Assembly: GCF_009914755.1 (NCBI RefSeq)
Contig: NC_060930.1
Source: the human T2T-CHM13v2.0 reference genome, Homo sapiens
DNA: 64,000 nucleotides
Strand: one strand, 5' to 3'
Notes under the pieces: model-generated
What the model was told of the DNA's origin: nothing
The model's input: the letters and a program-made list of their open reading frames with translations, nothing else
Database searches by the model: none
Made by a program: the position numbers and the translations under genes
In this document: in pieces, positions 54,598 to 64,000 of the stretch
Layout of the letters: each line of letters begins with the position of its first letter
How positions within the stretch are numbered: the first letter of the stretch is position 1

Positions 54598-55584
54598 ATT
54601 GAACGGATTTTATTGTTCAAGCCTAGAAAGCATTCACAGTTACTTTTATATACAAAGCTACATTTTTATCATTTGACATCTCAAATAATTGATGTTTCTT
54701 TAAGTTTTACAAAATCTGAATGAAATGCAACAAGTCACCATCAATAAATGGCATTTTCTAATAGTTAATGATAACATGAACAACTCTGCAGATAAAACAA
54801 AAACTCTTCTTGGTTAGAAGCGAGTTGCAATTTTCATGCAGAAAATACATCTTTCCACTGCTGAACATCAAAATAATCTTGTCTTCCTGGTGTACCTTGC
54901 CTCTGGCAGACAGAGGAAGGAGACTACCAGATTGCCAAGTAACAGGGAAATACTGGGAGTAGTTAACCTTCTTAGCATATATCATAAATCATGATATTAA
55001 TGGAAAGGAATAAAATAATAAGCAGATAAAGAGAAAATGGTCTAGACTCATATGGCATGAAGATAAATACCTGCACTAAATTATACAATATCTCAGTATC
55101 CAGAACATACCCAGTAGCAAATGGTCTTCATCAGTTGTATGAATGATGTCAATAGGCTAAACAATGTTATTTTTAATAAGGAAATGGCACATATTTTGGC
55201 ATCTGTTTGAAACTCAGTTGAGCCTCATGCAGAACATTAAAAAAAATTCCTAGTTAATACTAAGCCCTCATTTTTATATTAATTATAAATGCATTAATAT
55301 GTAAACTTTAGTGTCAATGTTTTAAGCAATAAACTTTAAGATCCTCTGGGTTCATTTCAAGTTTTTAAAAAATAAGCATGGGCTATCTTTCTCTCATTCT
55401 TTATTTATAAAAAGTTCATCTAAGAGTTGTAAACCAATCAGTTCTTGCCCATGGATTTTTATTTCTCTGCTACCATTTGTTCATATATGTGCTCTCTGTT
55501 TTTGTTTTTCTCTTTAATGGTCTCTGTATGTTGCATTTGTTTTCCCCTTTAGGACTGGTTTTGTCCAATGGATATCCCAGAGAC

Positions 55585-55638
55585 AATTCTGACTCAGCAG
55601 GCCTCTGAGTCAGAATTCCGAGGGACTGCAGAAGATAA
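55585..55638. promoter_or_regulatory. Palindromic AP-1 / ARE pair with adjacent GATA site
   Basis: aattctgactcag-caggcct-ctgagtcagaatt; TGACTCAGCA at 55590; AGATAA at 55633. Confidence 0.4.
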
Positions 55639-56275
55639 GAGACCGGCTATTTAGACAGCCTTCAAACACAGATATCATGTGCAGCTTCGAGTGTCCACCT
55701 GGCAGTACCTGGTACCATCTTGAAGTAAGATCATAAGGCCAGAGAAAGCAAAAGTAATCACACAGCTTCAAGCTGTAGGGCACCAACACTGCTCTTTCTT
55801 GCTCCCACAGTCCCAGGCTTTATCTAGGATCCAGGATCAAGGGTAAAAGACTAGATAACATTGGACTTAATTATATCTTCACACTCATTTTTCAATCCTT
55901 TGGGAAAAGGACTGTAGCCATAGAAATAAGTCTGTCAATTGGAAGTATTTGTGCTCTCCGTCCTGGATTTACTAGTTCAGTGATGAACATTAGTAACTGG
56001 CATGACTTCTGTGGTGCTGGAGGGAGAAGAGGAGGAGACACATGCACTCATTAGGAGCCCCAGTACTCCTTATACCTAGCCTGTGGTTACTAAACTTTCT
56101 GAAACTAAGGTAAGTGATTGTCCTGGGGAAGCAGTAAGTAGCAGTGCCCAACCAAAATCTCAGTCAGGCAGAAGACAACTCTTAGGAAGACGGTGTTTGT
56201 ACTAGATTTTCAGCTTTGTTTGGGAAAATGTTTATAAACTTTTATAAATGTCTGCATTGACCAACGTTTCTTCTA

Positions 56276-56452
56276 GGCTGAGGCAGGAGAATCACTTGAG
56301 CCCGGGAGGCAGAGGTTGCAGTGAGCCGAGATTGCACCATTGCTCTCCTGCTCTCCAGCCTGGGCGAAAAGACAACTCTTTTTTTGAGATAACTCTGTCT
56401 CAAAAAAAAAAAAAAAAAAAGAAAGAAAGAAAGAAAGAAAGAAAAGAAAAAA
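56276..56452 (+). mobile_element. 5'-truncated Alu (right arm only) with A / GAAA tail
   Basis: ggctgaggcaggagaatcacttgagcccggg...gtctcaaaa. Confidence 0.9.
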
Positions 56453-59207
56453 TAAGATTGATCTCTAAAATTTTTTTCTTTTCATTTCATTTTAGTTTTA
56501 AACTTTCTCGTGTTTTATTTTTAATTTGAATTTTAGAATTACCATAAAGAGAAAATATCTCTGTTCAGACTTCAAATACTAGGACAATAATGTCACTTAC
56601 TTCATTAAGACCAGGATATTTTAACCCCAGCAAAACCGGCAAAGAACCAACAGATTTGCTATGTATGGTCTCTATTGATATGATAAGTAATGCCTTTTTA
56701 TACTTGAAGAGTCATCAATCATCTTCGGCCTAGAAAAAGTGAAGAAAGGAAAAAAAAGGTCCTGAAGAAATGGTTAAAAAGATTGTTCAAGGCAAATATA
56801 TATTTAAAAAATATAAGGTTATGGAGAGTTTTACTGAACTCCACGAACTTGGGAACTGGCAAACCATTTTTACTTCTGTATAAGGCACATTCAGGGAACA
56901 AATTAGACATTTGTTGAGAAGCTGCAAGACAGGTTAATTAACTTTCTTTTATAGAACAAAAGGCTACCATTTAATGTGAAATCCTCAGGAGGCTACTCTG
57001 AATTGAGTGATTCAGGCAGTAAGATTTATTCCGTTTGAATTCCGTTCGCGTTTATTGATTCCTTCATCTAAGAAATAAACAATCAAGAAAAAAACATGAA
57101 GCAGCTGTAGAGACAGCAACCCGGGTCTTCCAGACTTTACTCTAAATCACAAGAAAGGATGTGGTCTAAATTGCTTCCATTCATATATGCTTCTAGGCTG
57201 TTCCTTATGTGAAAAATTACTTATCTTCCAACTTCTTCTTTCATTAAGCTAAGACGGAAGCCTAGTAGCTAGCAATAAAGAACATTGCACTAAACAATTG
57301 GAAAAAGATCTTTCCTAGGAGACTAAATGAAAATATGTTGGAAAATATGTTGGAAAAATTTTAGCATCAGCATGAGTTGAGAATGATGTTCTTTTTATCT
57401 ATGAGATGTTTTTTGGGGGGCTATGCAGACCTGGAGTGCTAGCACTTGCTGGAAATCATAGCTGTAGGGAAGACAGCTATGATTAATGATTCCACAGCAC
57501 CCCAGGTATATGGAACATAAAATTCATTTGCATTTCCATTTACATAACAAAATATATCTAGTAATAAACAATGCCTTCAACCTTGATCTTTTCCTAAACT
57601 AATCCTATTCATTAATCAAACTAAACCATTATTCTAACCCCAAAGGCTTAATATACTGCAAAACATTGCCAGATACAGTGAGGAAGAGTTGATTTGTGAT
57701 TGTGGTGATAAAAAGAAGAATGGGCTTTTGTTTCCTTTATTTTTTCCGAAGCTTGCTGTTTAAAACACACCTAAAATTCATAATTTAAAACCTTCAATTT
57801 CTTCAGTGCGTGATATCTGTTTGTCATTCAAATAGCTACTCTTATGCAAAGGGCCACACATCATAGAAACTGTAGAGGAAAGCCAGTGTTTCCATTTATA
57901 AACATGTGAAGACAGATGAGGGGCTGGGAGTCCACCTGGGAATAGAATAACCTAGTATAGAACACGTAAGAAATCTCACTCTGGCTGCAGCCCAAAGGTC
58001 TCTGAAATCTTCAATCACATTTTCTTGGCTGACTCATGCATTGCAATATGTTGCCATCATGTTACATATATTTACTCTCTCCTAAATTTTAATTTATCCC
58101 TTTACCCTAAGAACTGTTCCTTGTGGTATAAAAAATTCACAGTAATCAATTTTTAATTATTCAGTCTTTTTAAGCTCCACTGACTTTGACAACATGTAAA
58201 ACAACCCTAAATATTTTTTATCTCTTAGTCTAGTGATTCCACTTTTAGTAATCTATCCTAAGATAATAACTGAATATAAGGTTAAATAAGTTAGTGTGTG
58301 TGAGTCTCAGGATGTTTATCATAACATTATATAATAGCAAAAAAACAAAATACAATAATAGAGAAATTTTTAAATTTTTTCAAATCATTTTAAAAATAAA
58401 ATTTAATCATGTGATAAGATATTAAACTCTCACTAAAAATTATGTTTTAAAAGCTATTTGGGAAAAGTCTTGTTTTCATTTTAACTATAAAACTTCAGAC
58501 TAAAACAGAATGTTACAAAATTTATTATACGTGAAATATACTTGTGATAAATTTGCAAACAGCATGCATTTTTTTTAAATCAAAGGAAATACATCAAAAT
58601 GGTAAACTTGGTTATTCTTGGGTGGTTAATTCTGAATGATTTAAAAAATTTTCTTCTATTCACTACTTTCTAAGTTTTTTTCATTTATTAATGATTAGAG
58701 AAAAGATACAAAGTCAGTAACTATAGAATGCAAATGCTTTTTACGTGATTATCACATGCTTTATGCAGTCTAGTATTTACAAGACTATATGAAAGTTTTT
58801 TATTCTTTTTATTTTACTAAGAATAAAACTAAACTGTTTCCTGGCTTTTAATTTCCCTAGTATAGCTTCAAGTTTCTCACCCAGGAGGGAGTTGAGGGTA
58901 ATATATTGCCATCTAGATTTGAATGGCCATCAAAGAAAAATATAGCTAGAGTTAAATTTAAAAACTAAGACACATTAGAAATGTATTGCATCTCAGCAAA
59001 CTAGGAATAGAGAGAAACTTTCTCAACTTGATAAAGAACATCTACAAAATCTAACATCATATTTAATAGTGTAAAACTAGAAGCTTTAGTGCTAATGTCA
59101 GGAAGAAGGCAAGCATGTCCCCTCTCACCTTCCTTTTTAACGTCATAATGGATGCACTAGCTAATGCAATAAGACAAGAAAAGGAAATAAAAAGTATACA
59201 GACTGGG

Positions 59208-59601
<394 letters not shown>

Positions 59602-60373
59602 CTATGTAGAGAATCTGAAAGAATCAACAAAAAAAACTACTAAGTAAATATAGCAAGTTTTCAGGATATGAGGTTATTATACAAAAGCCAATTGTTTTCC
59701 CAACAACAAACAGGTAGAATTTGAAATTAAAAACATACTACCACTTATATTAACATGCTGAAAAATGAAATACTCAGGTATAAACCTAATAAAAATTCAT
59801 AAGATTTATACAAGAAAAACTACAAACTCTGATTAAGAAATCAAAGAAGAACTAAACAAATGAAGAGATATTTTATATTCATGGATAGACTCAATTTTTT
59901 CAAAATGTTTGTTCTTCCCAACCTGACCTTTAGATACAAATAATCCAAATCAAAATCCCGGTAAGTTGTCTTATGGATATAAACAAATTGTTTTTAGAGT
60001 TTATATGGAAAAGGAAAAGATCCAGAATATTCAACAAAATATTGAAGAAAATCAAAGTGGGAGGACTGATAATACCCCATGTCAATATTTACTATAAAGC
60101 TGTAATCAAGCATAGTATTGGTAAAAAGAATAGAAAAATACATCGGTGGAACATAATAGAAAGCCCAGAAAGAGACCAACAATAATATAATAAACTGGTC
60201 TTTCACAAACAAGAAAAGGCAATATGATGGAGATAGTCTTCAACAAATGAGTGAACATCCACATGTAAAAAGTTGAACATAGATTCAGATCTCACAACCT
60301 TCACAAAAAAAAAAAAATCAACTCAAAATGGATCATAGACCTACATGTAAAACACGAAGTATAAAATAAATAT

Positions 60374-60453
60374 CTAGGTTGATGTAAAAGCAATTGTGGT
60401 TGTTGCCATTACTTTTAATGGTAAAAACCACAATTATTTTTGCACCAACCTAA
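60374..60453. mobile_element. MADE1 inserted in L1
   Basis: taggttgatgtaaaagcaattgtgg...ccacaattatttttgcaccaacctaa palindrome. Confidence 0.9.
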
Positions 60454-61690
60454 TAGACTTTTTAGATACAACACCAAAGGCACAATCCATGAAAGAAAGA
60501 ATTGATAAGCCAAACTTTGTAAAAATTAAATAACTTCTGCTCTGCAGAAGACACTGTCAAAAGAATAAGAACACAAGCCCCAGACTGGGAGAAATTATTT
60601 GTAAAGATGTATCTGATTAAAAACTGATATCCAAAATATACAAAGAACTTTTAAAACTCAAGAATAAGAAAATGAACATCTTCATTAAAAAATGGATCAA
60701 AGACCTTAATAGACACCTAACCAAATATACACAGCAAATAAACATGAAAATCTGCTTCATATCATATGTCATCAGGGAAATGCAAATTAAAACAACAATG
60801 AAATACCACTACCTACCTATTATAATGGCCAAAATCTAGAACATTGACAATACCAAATGCTGACAAGGAAGTAGAACAACTGGAACTCTCATTCATTGCT
60901 TACAGAATGAAGACTGGTACAGACACTACAGAGGTCAGTTTGTCAGTTTCTTACAAAACTAAACAATACACTAACTGTATAATCTAGTGATCACACTTTT
61001 TGATATTTACCCAAGGGAGTTGAAAACTTAGGTCCACACAAAAACCTGAACGTGAATGTCTACAGCAACTTTATTAATAAATGCCAAAATTTGGAAGCAA
61101 CCAAGATGTTCTTCAGTAGGTGAATGGATAAACTGTGGAACATGTAGACAACTGAATATTATTCAGTGACAAAGAGAAATGAGCTATCAAGATATGAAAA
61201 GACATGAAGTAATCTTAAATGCATATTACTAAGTGAAAGAAGACAATCTGAAAATGTTACATACTATATGATTCCAATTATATGATACTCTGGAAAAAGA
61301 AAAACTTTGGAGACAGTAAAAATAACAGTCAGTGGTTGCAAAAGATTGAGGAGAGGAGGGGATGAATAGGCAGAGCACAGAGGATTCTTAGGGCACTGAA
61401 ACTATTCTGTATGACAGTATAATGGTGGGTACCTGTTGTAAGTTTATCCAAACCGATAGACAGTACAGTACGAAGAATGAACCCTGTAAAAACTATGGAC
61501 TCTGGGTGATAATGACTTCTTAATGCAGATTCATCAATTGTAACAAATGTGCCACTCTGGTGGGGAATGTTGATAACGGGGGAGGCTGTGCAGGTGTAGG
61601 GGAGCGGGGATGTGGGAAATATGTATCTTCAGTTCAATTTTGCTGTGAGCCTAAAGCTGCTCTAAAAGTTAAAGCCTATTAAAAAAATCG

Positions 61691-63450
61691 TTGCAAAATA
61701 ACAAAGTAATTAATGACTTCTCATCCTGAGAAGCAATTTTTAATCTGATGAAATGAAGGAAAGAAGCAACACATGTTAATATATTCATGTTTTTAAAGAG
61801 TTCACATAGTCCTCATCTCTCATAACTGCTATGTTATCACATAACCAATGGCAAATGTTTTCCCATGGCAGTTTACAATTGCCCAGAACATATTTCACTG
61901 GTTGAAGAAATTAACACATTATTTTTATTTGGAAAAAATTTTAAATGACTCATAATTTTTTGGTAACAATTTTGCACCATTACCAAGTGTTCAGTGTGTC
62001 ACATCCAGTGTAGAATCCATATTAGTGGAATAATATATGGTGTTTATTTTACCACTTCATTTTGCACATACTCACTCATTATTTCAATTATTTTTTTGTA
62101 AAGTGTTTTGGGAAGTAAGTCACATTTGTTTTTTCACTTTCACATTTTTCCAAGTCTTTGTACAACAATGGATTAACTTCCATAATTAGATGATTCCTGT
62201 AACATTTATGCCGTTTAAAAACCTCACTGTTCATCATGACTCTGAAGAGTAAAAATTTTTCACTTAAAACTTGACAACTGTAAATATCTTTTAGCACTCC
62301 AGAGATAATATTGAATTGCCTTTGTTCTTTAAGACACTGATCCAGTATGTTTGTCTTGCATATACAGTTGGTCCTTCTTATCTATGAGTTCTCTATCAGT
62401 GGATTCAACCAACTACAGATCAAATGTATTTTAAAAATAAAAAAGGTAGTTATGTCTGCATTGAACATGTACAAACATTTTTTCTTGTCATTATTTTCTA
62501 AACACAGTATAACAACTATTTGCACAGTATTTACACTGCATTAGATATTATAAGTAATCTAGGGATGATTTAAAGTATACCAGAGGATGTACATTGGCTA
62601 TATGTAAATATTACGCCATTTTATATGGGGACTTGAGCATCCATGGATTTTGGTATCCATAGGGAGTCCTGGAGTGAACACCCCATGGATACCGAGGGAT
62701 GACTGTAATACAAGTAAGCACAGCTTCCTTGTACTCTGTGTAGTCTTTGCGACTAAGAAATTCCCAAATAGAGTCTTTCAGCCTAAACACTCATCTTATG
62801 TAAGCTGTGTCTGTCTCATTGAAAGCAGTTTACAATTAACGCAACATTTAGTGTTGGTCTAGGCTAGTTGAGATCTCATCATAATCTAACCATTTACAAT
62901 TTTTTCATATCTGTTTGTAATTCATCTTTTTGTTTATTGTACATTCACTTTAGTTCTCTGCACATACTATTGGGATCACAATTTTGAAAAAGCTATCATT
63001 TATTTAACAATTTTGAATAAAATTATTGCCTTCTGTAACTGAACATAATGAAAGGAAACATGGTACTTAACAAAATCAAGTATTCATCAAAGTGGAGCTG
63101 CTGCTGACCATCTGGAGTGTTCTATTGAACTTAAAATTTTTCCTTTTTGCTTTCCTTTACCTTCTTTTTTTTTTGTTTTCCTTTTGAAAGTGTTCTAATT
63201 CTCATAAAAACATTTACCTTTTCAGTTGTAATTTTTATTACCTTTTTTTTTGGCTATTTTGATCCTTTTTCTTTATCTCATGACTTTGCCCGTGAAAGAT
63301 TTCAGTTTCCTTGTGATACAACAACAGATGTTTGAGATTTTGAAGCTGCTGCAAGTCTTCTTTCTTCAGAATAGATTTTTAGCTTTTGGTAGGATACTTC
63401 TCTACATTTTATTTAGATTTTGATAATTCCAATAATTTTGGGAAAACATA
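61691..63450 (-). mobile_element. Fossil hAT (Tip100-type; Zaphod/Arthur-like) transposon with decayed transposase
   Basis: Manual minus-strand translation across frameshifts gives KWLDY..CVNCKL, LFR-HDE, IIEIMSEYVQNEVVK, YYSTNMDSTLDVTH, DNIAVM, EVINYFVILQ in hAT order; right boundary uncertain. Confidence 0.7.
62365..62705. mobile_element. MER2 (Tigger MITE)
   Basis: ta|cagttggtccttcttatc...gataccgagggatgactg|ta with TA TSD. Confidence 0.9.
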
Positions 63451-64000
63451 CAAAATTAATCTGAATATAAGGTTCACAAAAGCACAATTCAAATAAATTT
63501 TTAAAATGCTCCTACATTGTATAGGGCTACATAAACTAGTAATCAAATTACTCCTATGATACATACATTGACTTGTTCATGGATAACTGTAGGGATTTTT
63601 ATCATGGGAATATTCTTTTATTCAGGCCATTTTACTACCTTTGGGGCAATTCATGTGCAGTTTTGATGATCAGTTGGTTTTGCTATATCAGTGTCAATAT
63701 TGTATGCTTTTTCATCTGAAACTACTGTTGGGATGAGATGCATTCAGGCTAGTATATGATCTCATATAATGGGATGCGTAAAACTTCACACACAGTCATT
63801 CTAGATGCATGTGGTGCTGCTATAGTTTTGCTCTATAAATATAAGCATTCTTATAAATCCTCTCTTGCATGACTCCTATCAAAAAAGGAAAAAATGTATA
63901 GAGTATTTAAAATGGTGTATTCCAAATTATTTAGTTTGTCCCTGTTAGAACGTCCATTTTGATTAAGCATTGTGGAAAACCAAATCCTCCAATTTTGCAT

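Noticed and set aside
57329-57357. 12-bp tandem gaaaatatgttg
   Set aside because: Ordinary micro-duplication

Overview
Primate, very probably human, non-coding DNA of intergenic or intronic character. I can support no protein-coding gene; the supplied ORFs are read-throughs of Alu, L1, LTR or low-complexity sequence. Most of the window is layered transposon debris: old L1M and L2/MIR, Alus from AluJ to a young AluYg6-lineage copy, solo LTRs (THE1, MST, MLT1, MLT2, MER21, MER34/39-type, LTR33, LTR12) and DNA-transposon relics (MADE1, MER2, MER5A, MER20, MER44, MER119, plus a decayed hAT-Tip100-type transposase at the right end). The non-repeat signals look regulatory: a small CpG-rich island with an extended CTCF site (about 11.7 kb), a convergent CTCF site (about 47.6 kb), CpG-retaining homeobox-motif blocks (about 43.3-44.1 kb), an NF-Y-rich LTR12 promoter followed by splice donors, and a palindromic AP-1/ARE pair next to a GATA site (about 55.6 kb). 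The most unusual structure is a roughly 300-bp near-palindromic patchwork of templated fragments at 482-783 that copies an L1/THE1 junction. I found no convincing new biological system and could not identify the locus. Repeat subfamily names are recognised from memory of consensus sequences and need RepeatMasker/Dfam confirmation.
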